Source: Nitrospirota bacterium
Lineage (GTDB): Bacteria > Nitrospirota > UBA9217
Direction of reading: 5' to 3'
NCBI GenBank assembly: GCA_963790205.1
Contig: CAWBNQ010000001.1
Coordinates: 320,001-384,000 of the forward strand
DNA length: 64,000 nucleotides
Shown here: piece after piece, positions 20,047-30,820 of the stretch
Numbering within the stretch: the stretch's first letter is position 1
How the letters are laid out: the number at the start of each line of letters is the position of its first letter
Program-made: the position numbers and the translations under genes
The notes under the pieces: model-generated
The model's database searches: none
The model's input: only the letters and a program-made list of their open reading frames with translations
Told to the model about the DNA's origin: nothing

Positions 20047-23000
20047 ATGGACCTGCATCAAATCATCAGTTATCCGCTCTACGCAGGAGGTGTCCTTGAA
20101 ATAATTCTCGGGATCGCTCTTCTCAAGAAGGCGCCTCGCCAGGGCCGGGCCATACAGGCGTGTGCGGGTCTTTTTTTTGCCGCGGCCGCTTTCGTACTGT
20201 TCACGGCCATATCGTATTCTCTCGAAGCCGAGGGACGAGGCTACAACTTCTTCAATCGCGCCTCCTGGATCGGCTGGTTCATGATCCCCGCGGGCCTGCA
20301 GTTCGCCTACTATATGGAGGACGAGAACAGCCCCGCCGCGCGCATCGTAGGCTATGTCCTCTATCCGTTCTGGGGCCTGGTCTTCGCGCTTACCATGCTC
20401 ACCGACCTGGTGGAACCGGGAGACCCGTCGCTGATACCCTTTGTTAGCATCGACGGCCCGCTGGAAAAACCCCTGCGGATCCTCGGCTCCCTCATGGCCA
20501 TATGGCTCCTTGTTGAGCTCTACCGCGCCAAAAACCGGATGAGCGGCAACAAGAAAGCGCAGTTCAACCTGTTCTTTTACGGCACGCTCTTCTTCAACAT
20601 CGGCTGTATCCTGATAGCGGGCGTCCTCCCGCTTTTCTGCGCGATCAACCCGGCGTTTACCGCTTTCTTCAGCCTCCCCTGGGTGGTGATCACGTATTAC
20701 GCGATCACCCGGCACCGGCTCTTCGATCTGCGGCTCCTGGTTTCCCGTGCGCTGAACATTACGATTCCGTCGGTCCTGTTCTCCGCCCTCCATCTTGTCC
20801 TGTTCAAATTATTATCGCCATCCCTCGGAGACTCCCTCGCGATCCTGCTTTCGCTGGCGGTCATCGGGTTGATCTTTTTCGGGACCCGGTTCAGCAGGAC
20901 CGTGCAGCAGTGGGTGCAGAAGCTGGTATTGCAGGACAAGTACGATTACCAAAGCGTCCTCAGGGAGTCCATTAAGGCCCTGGTTACGATCCTGAATCAG
21001 GACGAGCTCCTTGCCTATCTCATTCACAGCATAAAAAAAAGCATGGGCGTCGAGAGCATATGCCTCGCGCTCAAGATGGAGGGAGGCCGGATAGCCCAGC
21101 TCTATGGCGATGGAGCGCTTGCACAGGCGAAGCAGGACCGGCCCTTAAGCGATGACATGATTGAATGGCTGCGCCGGGTCAATCATGTCGTGGTCAGGGA
21201 TGAGCTTGAAAGCATGGAACCACGCGGCGAAAACCGTATGATGCAGGCATACCTGACGGAGCTGGGCGCCGAGATAATCGTGCCCCTGGTCTACAAGGGA
21301 GACATCAAAGGGGTCATCGTGCTGGGGCAGAAAGGGAATGGGGATCCCTATGTGCAGAGCGATATCGACCTTTTGGAATCGCTCGCCGGCCATGCCGCCA
21401 TCGCCATCGAGAATGCACGGTTGTACGAAGAGGCCCGGCGGACGAAAGAATCTTTTCTCGCAAGCGAGTCGAAGTTCCGCACGCTGGCGGACACTGCCGC
21501 CATAGCAATCTTTATCCATCAAGGGGGCAATTTTCTCTATGCGAACCGTACCGCTGAAATCATCGGAGGGTATACGATTGATGAATACCTGACCATGAAT
21601 TTTATGAGCCTGGTCCATCCCGATTATGTGGAAATGATCAAGACCCGGGCACGGGAGCGACTGGCCGGCGGCCAGGCGCCCCCGCAGTACGAATTCAAGA
21701 TCTTGAGGAAAAACGGCGAGGAACGGTGGGTCCTCATGACCGCGGGCGTCACGAATTATGAAGGAAAACCCTCGGTCCTCGGGACCCTCATCGATATCAC
21801 GGCGCGCAAGCTGGCCGAGGAAGAGCGGTACCAGGTGTCCCTGCTGATCGAGAACAGCTCCGACTATATTGCAATGTCGGATATGGACGGGCACATGCTT
21901 TTTGTGAACCAGGCAGGCCGAAAACTCGTGGGGCTCGACAGCAATGCCGACGTGAGAAAATTGACTGCCGACGATTTTTACTTTCCGGAAGATATTCCCG
22001 TGCTCCGGGAGAACAGACTGAATAATGACTGGCGAGGCGAGTTCAGATTAAGGCACTTTAAAACCGGCGCCCCTATCCCCATCGAGTGGTATATTTTTAA
22101 CGTCGCTGACAAAGAAACGGGGAGGCCGATTGCCCGCGCCGCTGTCATGCGCAACATCGCCGATTTGAAGCGCGCCAGGGAAGAACGGGAGCGCTATTAT
22201 CAGGAGCTGCAGGCAGCCACACAGTCCCTCCGGGAGAGTGAAGCCAAATTCAGGACGCTTGCGGAAACCACCACGGCAGCGATCTTCATTCATCAGGGAC
22301 AAAAGCTCGTGTATGCGAACTCAGCCGGCGAAACCATGATCGGCTATACGCGAGAAGAGCTGCTCCAAGAGGATTTTTGGGCGCTGATCCATCCTGACTA
22401 CCAGGAGCTCGCAAAAGTGCGGGGCCAGGCGCGCATGCGGGGAGAGCGCGTGCCGAAGGAATATGAATTCAAATTTTTGAGAAAAAACGGAGAAGAGCGC
22501 TGGGCCGCCACGACCGCAGGAGTCATAGAATATGGCGGAAAACCGGCCATTATTGCGACCCTTTTCGATATAACGGACTGGAAGCGCGCGGAAGAAGCCA
22601 AGGTTAAATTTTACGAGGAGAGCGTCAGGCAGTACCAGGAACGGATCGAAGAAGAGAAAAGACACCGTCTTGAAAAAGAGAAGATCCTCATGGACCTTCA
22701 CGACGGCATCGGCGGCATCACGACGAACATCAGTATTCTTTCGGAACTGGCACAGAAAGCGACGGACGGGGAAACCGTTCAAAAGACCCTTTCTACCATA
22801 TCAAGGCTTTCGCGGGAAGGGATATCCGAGATCCGAAGCTTCATGCACAGCCTCGACAGCAAGGAATTAAACTGGCGTACGCTTGCGGTTGAGTTGAGAA
22901 ACCAGGGCACCAACATGGTCGAGCCCCACAAAATTAAATTTGCGATAGAGACCTCCGTAGAGGACATGCAAGAGCAGCCGGGAAGCCTCATCTGGGTCAA

Positions 23001-23289
23001 TATGTTCAAGATCTATAAAGAGGCGCTGACGAATATCATAAAACATTCGAAGGCCACCTCGGCCAACGTGGCGTTTCGCGCCGGCCGGGACGGCATTTTT
23101 CTTGTTATTGAAGACAACGGAGTCGGTGTGCAGGGCGGCAGGACCGGCGGCAGGGGGCTGTCCCATATGAAAACGAGGGCCGGGGAAATAGGCGGAACAA
23201 TAATCATTGCCGCCGACCGGGGCACCCGGGTGAGCTTTGAGCTTCCCTTACCCTTAAAATACCCCGCTGAGGGTATGGTAATACAATAA
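20047..23289 (+). CDS. Membrane sensor histidine kinase (multi-TM, GAF, 3 PAS, HisKA_3-type, HATPase)
   Basis: Hydrophobic N-terminus, AIAIENARLY, repeated PAS/PAC (VHPDY, KNGEERW), MDLHDGIG, EALTNIIKHS, DNGVG. Confidence 0.93.
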   Translation: MDLHQIISYPLYAGGVLEIILGIALLKKAPRQGRAIQACAGLFFAAAAFVLFTAISYSLEAEGRGYNFFNRASWIGWFMIPAGLQFAYYMEDENSPAARIVGYVLYPFWGLVFALTMLTDLVEPGDPSLIPFVSIDGPLEKPLRILGSLMAIWLLVELYRAKNRMSGNKKAQFNLFFYGTLFFNIGCILIAGVLPLFCAINPAFTAFFSLPWVVITYYAITRHRLFDLRLLVSRALNITIPSVLFSALHLVLFKLLSPSLGDSLAILLSLAVIGLIFFGTRFSRTVQQWVQKLVLQDKYDYQSVLRESIKALVTILNQDELLAYLIHSIKKSMGVESICLALKMEGGRIAQLYGDGALAQAKQDRPLSDDMIEWLRRVNHVVVRDELESMEPRGENRMMQAYLTELGAEIIVPLVYKGDIKGVIVLGQKGNGDPYVQSDIDLLESLAGHAAIAIENARLYEEARRTKESFLASESKFRTLADTAAIAIFIHQGGNFLYANRTAEIIGGYTIDEYLTMNFMSLVHPDYVEMIKTRARERLAGGQAPPQYEFKILRKNGEERWVLMTAGVTNYEGKPSVLGTLIDITARKLAEEERYQVSLLIENSSDYIAMSDMDGHMLFVNQAGRKLVGLDSNADVRKLTADDFYFPEDIPVLRENRLNNDWRGEFRLRHFKTGAPIPIEWYIFNVADKETGRPIARAAVMRNIADLKRAREERERYYQELQAATQSLRESEAKFRTLAETTTAAIFIHQGQKLVYANSAGETMIGYTREELLQEDFWALIHPDYQELAKVRGQARMRGERVPKEYEFKFLRKNGEERWAATTAGVIEYGGKPAIIATLFDITDWKRAEEAKVKFYEESVRQYQERIEEEKRHRLEKEKILMDLHDGIGGITTNISILSELAQKATDGETVQKTLSTISRLSREGISEIRSFMHSLDSKELNWRTLAVELRNQGTNMVEPHKIKFAIETSVEDMQEQPGSLIWVNMFKIYKEALTNIIKHSKATSANVAFRAGRDGIFLVIEDNGVGVQGGRTGGRGLSHMKTRAGEIGGTIIIAADRGTRVSFELPLPLKYPAEGMVIQ

Positions 23290-23304
23290 ATTTTATGCTA
23301 AAGT
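23260..23304 (+). promoter_or_regulatory. NarL-like 7-2-7 site abutting a putative -35/-10 promoter
   Basis: TACCCCG-CT-GAGGGTA, then TGGTAA-17nt-TAAAGT, 7 nt before the ATG. Confidence 0.5.
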
Positions 23305-23311
23305 GATCGTT

Positions 23312-23935
23312 ATGAAACTCATAATTGTCGAAGATGACCCCATTTTGCTTGAAAGCCTTAAACTGATCCTGGGCGGCGAGGCGGGGATAACCGTTGCCGG
23401 CGCCTTCAGCAGCGCGGAAGATGCATTGCGCGCGCTCAGGAAATCATCACCGGACGTCATGCTGACCGATCTCGGCCTGCCCGGCATGTCGGGGATAGAG
23501 CTTATCAAAAAAGCGAAAGACGACATGCCGTCGCTTGAGATCATGACACACACGGTCTTCGAAGACCGGGAAAACGTATTTGCCGCGATAAAAGCGGGGG
23601 CTTCGGGCTATATCCTTAAGGGCAGCAGCCCGCGGGAAATCGTGGAGGCAATCCACGAAATCCACAAGGGTGGCGCTCCCATGAGCCCGAAAATCGCCAG
23701 GAAGGTAATCCATGAGTTTCAGGATGAGAATGCAGAGGACCAGTATATCTTAAGCCAGCGGGAACGGGATATCGTCAAGTGCATCGAGCAGGGGCTCACC
23801 TATAAGGAAATATCCCTGCGACTCAAGATCAGCTCTCATACGGTACATACCCATATAAAAAATATCTACGAAAAACTCCAGGCCAAAGACCGGGGTGAAG
23901 CCCTTGTTAAGGCAAGAAAAACAGGAATTATCTAA
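23312..23935 (+). CDS. NarL/LuxR-family response regulator
   Basis: REC plus LSQRERDIV...ISSHTVHTHIKNIYEKL HTH. Confidence 0.95.
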   Translation: MKLIIVEDDPILLESLKLILGGEAGITVAGAFSSAEDALRALRKSSPDVMLTDLGLPGMSGIELIKKAKDDMPSLEIMTHTVFEDRENVFAAIKAGASGYILKGSSPREIVEAIHEIHKGGAPMSPKIARKVIHEFQDENAEDQYILSQRERDIVKCIEQGLTYKEISLRLKISSHTVHTHIKNIYEKLQAKDRGEALVKARKTGII

Positions 23936-24034
23936 CCGACGCATCCTCCTCCGCAGTTTAATCCGCCCCCGGACATCAATCGGCAGCCGCAGCAAACCCC
24001 TGGTTTTTCAATGATTCCCCTGATACCCTGAAAA

Positions 24035-24079
24035 TACCCCGACCCGGCGATTTACATTCGCCGCCAGAGAGAGTAATAA
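24035..24079 (+). promoter_or_regulatory. Second NarL-like site plus sigma70-like promoter
   Basis: TACCCCG-AC-CCGGCGA then TTTACA-17nt-TAATAA. Confidence 0.45.
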
Positions 24080-24166
24080 TTTCGACAGGCTGGTGGGGTG
24101 TGCTGAATCCATACCTGCCGCTTATCGTGCGACAGCCAGGAGTATGGCTACTGTCAGGCTGTTGAT

Positions 24167-24391
24167 GTGCCGGAGGAGCTTATGAAGCCAATCGAGAATA
24201 TTGACAACATTCAAAGAGAAATACGAGGAACAAGCCTGGAAAATTATCTTCTCATGGATGAACAAGAGAAGGATGTTGAAATCCAGAAAGCTGTCGCCCG
24301 TCTTCAAAAGCGTATTCAAGAAATACTGTATATACTCGAAAAGGACATGCCCCACGCGGGTGGTGTGAACGCCGGGAAGAAAAGCGGATAG
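24167..24391 (+). CDS. Small hypothetical coiled-coil protein
   Basis: GGAGGAG before ATG 24182; charged amphipathic sequence; downstream of a predicted promoter. Confidence 0.5.
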   Translation: MPEELMKPIENIDNIQREIRGTSLENYLLMDEQEKDVEIQKAVARLQKRIQEILYILEKDMPHAGGVNAGKKSG

Positions 24392-24647
24392 CCTCCCGTC
24401 CCAGAGAGCACGCAGCCTTCCAGCACACCCCCTCCTGAGCAGACGCGGGACGAATCCGCCTGTTCTGCCAATGCCCTGCCTGCTACCCGTGATACGGTTT
24501 TGCCGCCTGATATGTCCCGCAGGAAGCGACAATGTAATCACGGTATGCCCGCCATCACGACCGTTCAAAAATACCACCCTGCGCTGCAAGTACCGACGCA
24601 AAGGTCAAAAAAGACAGTTATGCGCCCACCCGCGCGGAAAAAAGTGA

Positions 24648-24676
24648 TTGACAATTTTTTCTCAGGCTGTTATAAA
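24648..24676 (+). promoter_or_regulatory. Sigma70 promoter of ilvE
   Basis: TTGACA-17nt-TATAAA, 9 nt before the ATG. Confidence 0.7.
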
Positions 24677-24685
24677 TGTCGCTCT

Positions 24686-25627
24686 ATGCTTCAGGCCACC
24701 GAGAAAATATGGATGAACGGCTCGTTCGTGAAGTGGGACGAGGCCAAGGTGCATATCCTGACGCACTCGCTCCACTACGGCACCGGGGTTTTTGAGGGCA
24801 TCCGCTGCTACAAGACCGATGCCGGTCCGGCGGTATTCAGGCTTCAGGAGCATGTGGACCGGCTCTTCGACTCGTCCCACATCCTGCAGATGCAGATCCC
24901 GTTCAACCGCGAGGCCGTGGCCGAGGCAATTCTTGAAACCATCCGTGTGAACAAGATCGACGCGTGCTACATTCGGCCCCTCGTCCACATCGGCTACGGC
25001 GCCATGGGGGTCTTTCCCAAGGAGAATCCTGTTCAGGTCTCCATCGCCGTCTGGCCCTGGGGCAGCTATCTCGGTGAAGAGGGGCTCAAGAACGGCATCC
25101 GCGTCAAGATTTCGTCCTTCATCCGCCCCCACGTGAATGCCACCATGGTGCGTTCCAAGACCACGGCCAATTATGCAAACTCGCTCCTGGCGAAGCGCGA
25201 AGCGCTCAAAGACGGCTACGACGAGGCCATGCTGCTCGATACCGACGGCTACGTTGCCGAGGGGAGCGGCGAGAACGTATTCATGGTGCGGAAGGGACTG
25301 ATCAAGACGCCGCCGCTCACCTCCATCCTTGAAGGCATCACGCGGGACACGATCATGCAGCTCGCCACGGAGCGCGGCATGCGCCTTGTGGAAGAGCGTT
25401 TCACCCGGGACGAACTCTATATCGCCGACGAAGCGTTCTTTACCGGCACGGCGGCGGAGATCACGCCGATCCGGGAAGTCGACAACCGGCAGATCGGAAA
25501 AGGCAAGCCCGGCCCGGTCACGGAAGAGCTTCAAGCCACGTTTTTCGACATCGTGCACGGGCGGGACAGCCGGCATGCAGACTGGCTCACGTACGTATCT
25601 GCAAAGCAGCCGGCGATGAAGAAATAA
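24686..25627 (+). CDS. ilvE: Branched-chain amino acid aminotransferase
   Basis: [34 protein letters not shown]. Confidence 0.96.
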   Translation: MLQATEKIWMNGSFVKWDEAKVHILTHSLHYGTGVFEGIRCYKTDAGPAVFRLQEHVDRLFDSSHILQMQIPFNREAVAEAILETIRVNKIDACYIRPLVHIGYGAMGVFPKENPVQVSIAVWPWGSYLGEEGLKNGIRVKISSFIRPHVNATMVRSKTTANYANSLLAKREALKDGYDEAMLLDTDGYVAEGSGENVFMVRKGLIKTPPLTSILEGITRDTIMQLATERGMRLVEERFTRDELYIADEAFFTGTAAEITPIREVDNRQIGKGKPGPVTEELQATFFDIVHGRDSRHADWLTYVSAKQPAMKK

Positions 25628-25734
25628 TATCTCTGCCACAGGGCACCCGGAGGTCACAGAGATAAAAATCAAGATTGTTAATCCGGTTTTCTCCGTGTTC
25701 CCTGTGAACTCTGTGCCAAAGCGTTTTAACAAGT

Positions 25735-25819
25735 GCCGAAGTGGTGGAATTGGTAGACACGCACGTTTGAGGGGCGTGTGGGGCAACCCATGGGGGTTCG
25801 AGTCCCCCCTTCGGCACCA
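25735..25819 (+). tRNA. tRNA-Leu(GAG)
   Basis: GCCGAAG...CTTCGGC-ACCA acceptor stem, TTGAGGG anticodon loop, long variable arm, GGTTCGAGTCC T-loop. Confidence 0.97.
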
Positions 25820-25875
25820 TTTTTTTCCGCCTCCGGCAGCGCGGCACGCCATCTCGTTTTCCTGAATTCATCAGA

Positions 25876-27495
25876 ATGAAAACTCACCTCTCTATAGCGA
25901 CAAGAGGCTTAATCCTCTGCATGGTTCTTTTGCTTCCTGCCGCATCATTCTCCCAGGAACCCGTCAGCAATACTCCTCTCGGCATTATTTCCGTACCGCT
26001 CGCAAACGTGCATCAAGAACCGTTGCCCAAATCCGGCCTGGTGACGCAGGTGCTCATGGCCGACGAGGTGCGCATCCTTGAGAAGCAGGACTACCGCTAC
26101 CGGATCTCCATTCCGGACCAGGACAATGTCGAGGGCTGGATCCAGCAGGAGGCTGTTTATATTCCGAAGGACAAGGGCCGCCACTATCTCAACCCCGAGC
26201 GCTCCTGGATCGTGATCGCCGTGCCCAAGACAGAAGCGCTTATCCTCGACAAGACCGGCGATCACAAGGTCCCGCTCTACGCAGGAACGCAACTTCCGGT
26301 GCTCGAAAGAAAACCGGACGGTCTCAAGGTGCAGTTTCCTGACCGGTCCGTCGCGATCATCAAATCCGCCGACACAATGGCTGTAAAGCCCTCAGACCCG
26401 CTTGCCAATGACACCACTCCAGAAGATATCGCAAAGACGGCGCGAAAGTTCCAGGGCGTGCGCAATCTGGCGGGCGGCCTTACGGCACAGGGCATGGATA
26501 CTCGCGGCCTCATCTATATCGTCTACCGGATATACGGCATACCCATCGGGACAGAACGGGCGTCGTTTCAGACGACGGCCGAAAAAATAAATAAAAAGGA
26601 CCTCCATCCGGGCGATGTCCTTGTATTTTACGGCGAGAGCGAGGGCCTCTTCCTTGGAAACGGCAGGTTCCTTCAGTCTTCGAAAAAACATGCTGTCCAG
26701 GTCGCGGGCATTCATGACCGGAGGTATGCCAACGCTTTGCAGTACGGGCTGAGGATAATCGGCGCAGACCCGGATCAGCACAAGAGGCCGGCCGAGATGA
26801 CGGCGGATGAAATTCTTCTCACCCAAGCGAGGATCGCGCGGCTTTCTCTCGGTAAACGCATCTCCTACTGGGCCGGCCGTTTCATCGGCACACCCTACGA
26901 TCCCGATCCGCTCGGGTTGTATGTCCGCACGAACCGCATTGTTGCCGACGAGAAGGCAGACTGCATGTATCACGTCTTTCGGTCCGTCGAGCTCGCCCAA
27001 AGCAGCACGCCCGGCGAGGCAATCGACAAGGCGCTTGATCTTCGGTTCATGACCAAGGGGACGCTCGTCGACGGTCTTGTCACGAACTACGACCAGCGCT
27101 TTCAGTACGGCGAGGACATGGTCTACAGCGGCAAGTGGGGCAAAAATATCACCGCAGAGCTCGGCAGGACAAAGAAAATCGCAGGTTCTCGCGGCAGGGA
27201 CGAGGTAGATATCCTGCCGAAGAACGTCCTCGCAACGCGGGCCCTCCAGAAAAAGCTTCAGGATGGCGATATCGTCTACTGGGTCAAGGACCCGAAGAAG
27301 CGCGCTGTCGAAGAGATCGTGGCACATCTCTCCATTGTGCACATGAAAGCCGGCAAACCTTACGTGATCCACGCTGCAGGCGACAAAGACCGCGCGGACC
27401 GTCCGGGCGGCGGAGCGGTCAAGGAAGTCCTGTTCGCCGACTATGTGCGAAACATGCGCTTCGTCGGCGCCTTCGTGACCCGGTTCGAGCAGTAG
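25876..27495 (+). CDS. Secreted cell-wall hydrolase: SH3-like domains, degenerate NlpC/P60 domain, DUF1460-like amidase domain
   Basis: Signal peptide; VEGWIQ; GGLTAQGMDTRGL; second domain FIGTPY, ADCMYHV, AHLSIV, IHAAG. Confidence 0.72.
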   Translation: MKTHLSIATRGLILCMVLLLPAASFSQEPVSNTPLGIISVPLANVHQEPLPKSGLVTQVLMADEVRILEKQDYRYRISIPDQDNVEGWIQQEAVYIPKDKGRHYLNPERSWIVIAVPKTEALILDKTGDHKVPLYAGTQLPVLERKPDGLKVQFPDRSVAIIKSADTMAVKPSDPLANDTTPEDIAKTARKFQGVRNLAGGLTAQGMDTRGLIYIVYRIYGIPIGTERASFQTTAEKINKKDLHPGDVLVFYGESEGLFLGNGRFLQSSKKHAVQVAGIHDRRYANALQYGLRIIGADPDQHKRPAEMTADEILLTQARIARLSLGKRISYWAGRFIGTPYDPDPLGLYVRTNRIVADEKADCMYHVFRSVELAQSSTPGEAIDKALDLRFMTKGTLVDGLVTNYDQRFQYGEDMVYSGKWGKNITAELGRTKKIAGSRGRDEVDILPKNVLATRALQKKLQDGDIVYWVKDPKKRAVEEIVAHLSIVHMKAGKPYVIHAAGDKDRADRPGGGAVKEVLFADYVRNMRFVGAFVTRFEQ

Positions 27496-27672
27496 GCCTT
27501 TCCCGACGCGGATTGTCCTCACTTTCAGTTTGACATTTCCGCAACTTCTCTGTTATCCTCTGTCATATAATACGGTAGTCAGACCGGCGTCGGAAACCAG
27601 AAGTCGTACGGAATGTTCCTCTTCTGGTTTTCACTCCGCACTCCGTATTCCGCAACTCTTCAAAGGAGCCCC

Positions 27673-29206
27673 ATGCTCTCCAAAGTCATCAGTTCGGCAG
27701 TACTTGGCATCGACGCCTATTCTGTTGAAGTTGAAGTTGATATTGCGAGCAGGGGACTTCCCTTCTTCTCCACCGTGGGACTGCCCGACGCCGCCGTGAA
27801 AGAGAGCAAGGAGCGGGTAAGGGCCGCTCTCAAGAACACGGGCTTCGATTTCCCCTTGAAACAGGTCGTCGTGAACCTGGCGCCTGCGGACATCAAAAAA
27901 GAAGGCTCGGCCTTCGACCTTCCCATCGCCGTCGGGATGCTCATTGCCGAAGGCGTCCTGACCCAGGAGATGGTGAACGGCTTTCTCCTCGTGGGCGAGC
28001 TCTCGCTCGACGGCCGGGTCAAGCCCGTTCGCGGGCGCGCTCTCCATGGCCGTGCTTGCGAAGAAGGCAGGCTACCGCGGCATGGTGATCCCGGCGGACA
28101 ATGCCGAGGAGGCGGCCGTCGTCGAATCGGTGCCCATTTACGGCATGCAGACCCTGCCGCAGGTGGTGGAGTTCCTCTCCGGGAATGCCCTTGCCGAGCC
28201 CGTGCACATCAACATCCAGAGCGCCTTCGAAACCTACTCCGCGTACCAGGAGGATTTCTTCGAGGTAAAAGGACAGGAGCACGCCAAGCGCGCCATCGAG
28301 GTCGCCGCGGCGGGCGGGCACAACATCATCATGATCGGCCCGCCGGGCTCGGGCAAGACCATGCTCGCGCGAAGACTGCCGACCGTGCTTCCGCAGATGA
28401 GCTTCGACGAGTCGATCGAGACCACGAAGATCCACAGCATCATGGGCCTCCTCAGGAAAGGCCAGCCGCTCATCGCGACGCGCCCCTATCGTTCGCCGCA
28501 TCATACGATCTCCGATGCGGGCTTGATCGGAGGCGGCCAGATCCCGAAACCCGGAGAGGTGAGCCTGTCGCACAACGGCGTCCTCTTTCTGGACGAGCTG
28601 CCGGAATTCAAGCGAAATGTGCTCGAGGCGCTCCGCCAGCCGCTTGAAGACGGCCAGGTCACGATCTCCCGGGCCATAACGTCGCTTACCTATCCCGCGT
28701 CACTGATGCTGGTTGCCGCCATGAACCCCTGCAAATGCGGGTTCCACGGAGACCCCTTCCATCAGTGCCTCTGCACGCCTCACCAGATCCAGACCTACCG
28801 CTCCAAAGTCTCGGGCCCGCTCATGGACCGGATCGACATCCATATCGAAGTGCCGGCGATAAAATTCAACGAGATCTCCTCCGACACGCAAGGCGAGCCG
28901 TCGTCGTCCATCCGCCAGCGCGTGACGGGCGCCCGCGCCATCCAGCAGGAACGGTTCAGGAGCGACGGCATCTACGCGAACGCGCATATGAAGCCGCGGC
29001 ACATCAGAAAATACTGCAAGATCGACGCTGACTGCCAGGCCCTCATGGAAGCCGCCATGAACCGCCTGGGGCTTTCGGCCCGCGCGTATAACCGCGTCTT
29101 GAAGGTCGCCCGCACCATCGCGGACATCGAGGGCAGCGGCCGGATCGCGTCCGAACATGTCTCCGAGGCGATCCAGTACCGGAGCCTGGACAGGAGGGTG
29201 AGCTGA
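27673..29206 (+). CDS. comM: ComM/YifB Mg-chelatase-like ATPase, split by a 1-nt frameshift near 28034
   Basis: [55 protein letters not shown]. Confidence 0.93.
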
Positions 29207-29325
29207 AGTCCGTACCGGGCGCCTCGCCACCGCTTCCTTCCCGCACTGAAGATTCCTGTTGACATGGTTTCCCCGGACAGGTAGTATCCTGAAAAAAATC
29301 AACCATTCCCGCGGTTGTCCTCTCT

Positions 29326-30789
29326 ATGCTGTTCAACTCATACGAATACATGTTCGTTTTCCTGCCCCTGGCGGTCGTCATCTACTTTCTGCTCAACCGG
29401 CGCCGGTATACGAAGGCGGCCACGACCTGGCTCGTCCTCGCCTCGCTCGTCTTTTACAGCTGGTGGAACGTCAAATACCTGGCCCTGATCATCATCAGCG
29501 TCCTCGTCAATTTCGGCGCCGGCTCGGCACTGGCCGGCACGGGAAGGCGCCGTCCGGACGACCGCTCCCGGAAATACGTCCTGCTTGCCGGCATTCTTTT
29601 TAATATACTTCTGCTCGGCTACTATAAATATTCCGGCTTCTTTGTCGCCAACCTCAACGCTCTCACGGGTCTCAACATCACGCTGCAGAAGGTCATCCTG
29701 CCACTCGGGATCAGCTTCTTCACCTTTACCCAGATCGCCTATCTGGTGGACACGTATAAAGGCACTGCCCGTGAATACGATTTTCTCAATTATTCCCTGT
29801 TCGTCACGTTTTTCCCACATCTGCTTGCCGGGCCCATCATCCACCACAAGGAAATGATGCCGCAGTTTGCAAGCGTTCGCAACAAGGTCCTGAATTATCG
29901 GAACCTGTCGCTCGGCCTGTTCCTTTTTTTTATCGGCCTGTTTAAAAAGATCGTTATAGCGGACCAGCTCGCTCCGGTCGCAAATGCCGGGTTCGACGCC
30001 ATGAAGTCCCTGACGTTCGTCGAGGCCTGGGTCACGAGCCTGTCGTATACCCTTCAGCTCTATTTTGACTTCTCCGCATACACCGACATGGCGCTGGGCG
30101 CGGCCTTGCTGTTCAATATCAGGCTCCCGTTCAATTTCAATTCGCCGTACAAGGCCCTGGACATCGCCGATTTCTGGCGGCGCTGGCATATGACCCTGAG
30201 CCGCTTCCTCCGGGATTATATCTATATCCCGCTCGGCGGCAACAGAGAGGGGACCGTTAAAACGTACCGAAACCTGATGGCGACATTCCTCATCGGAGGC
30301 CTGTGGCACGGCGCGGGCTGGACCTTTATCTTCTGGGGCTTTTTGCACGGCGCCGGGACCCTGATTCACCGTGCCTGGTCCCGGATGAACGTCCGGCTGC
30401 CCCGCGTGCTCGCCTGGTTCATTACGTTCAACTTCGTGAACGTCGCGTGGGTTTTTTTCAGGGCCCGGTCGTGGCCGGATGCGATAAAAGTGGTGAAAGG
30501 GATGGCCGGGGTCAACGGCGTGATGCTTCCGCAGGGCGCTGCGGCAAAACTGGGCTTTATTCGGAAATACGGAGTAACGTTCGGCGAGATGTTCTTTAAG
30601 AATATCCACCACAACGCATGGGTTCTCCTCATAGTTTTACTGGCCGTCTCCGTCCTTGCGAAAAACTCCGATGAGCTGGCGAAAGAATTCCGGCCGGGGT
30701 GGACCTCCTTTGCGCTCGTTGTCGCAATCACGGTCTACTCGCTTTTGAGCATGGACAAAGTGTCCGAATTCCTCTATTTTAATTTTTAG
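29326..30789 (+). CDS. MBOAT O-acyltransferase (AlgI/DltB-like)
   Basis: LPLGISFFTF, YFDFSAY, FWRRWHMTLS, GLWHGAGW, FLYFNF. Confidence 0.94.
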   Translation: MLFNSYEYMFVFLPLAVVIYFLLNRRRYTKAATTWLVLASLVFYSWWNVKYLALIIISVLVNFGAGSALAGTGRRRPDDRSRKYVLLAGILFNILLLGYYKYSGFFVANLNALTGLNITLQKVILPLGISFFTFTQIAYLVDTYKGTAREYDFLNYSLFVTFFPHLLAGPIIHHKEMMPQFASVRNKVLNYRNLSLGLFLFFIGLFKKIVIADQLAPVANAGFDAMKSLTFVEAWVTSLSYTLQLYFDFSAYTDMALGAALLFNIRLPFNFNSPYKALDIADFWRRWHMTLSRFLRDYIYIPLGGNREGTVKTYRNLMATFLIGGLWHGAGWTFIFWGFLHGAGTLIHRAWSRMNVRLPRVLAWFITFNFVNVAWVFFRARSWPDAIKVVKGMAGVNGVMLPQGAAAKLGFIRKYGVTFGEMFFKNIHHNAWVLLIVLLAVSVLAKNSDELAKEFRPGWTSFALVVAITVYSLLSMDKVSEFLYFNF

Positions 30790-30820
30790 ATTGTGAATGT
30801 TAGATTGTGAATGTTAGATT

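Noticed and set aside
25735..25880. Island integrated at tRNA-Leu
   Set aside because: No adjacent integrase and no duplicated tRNA 3' end noticed
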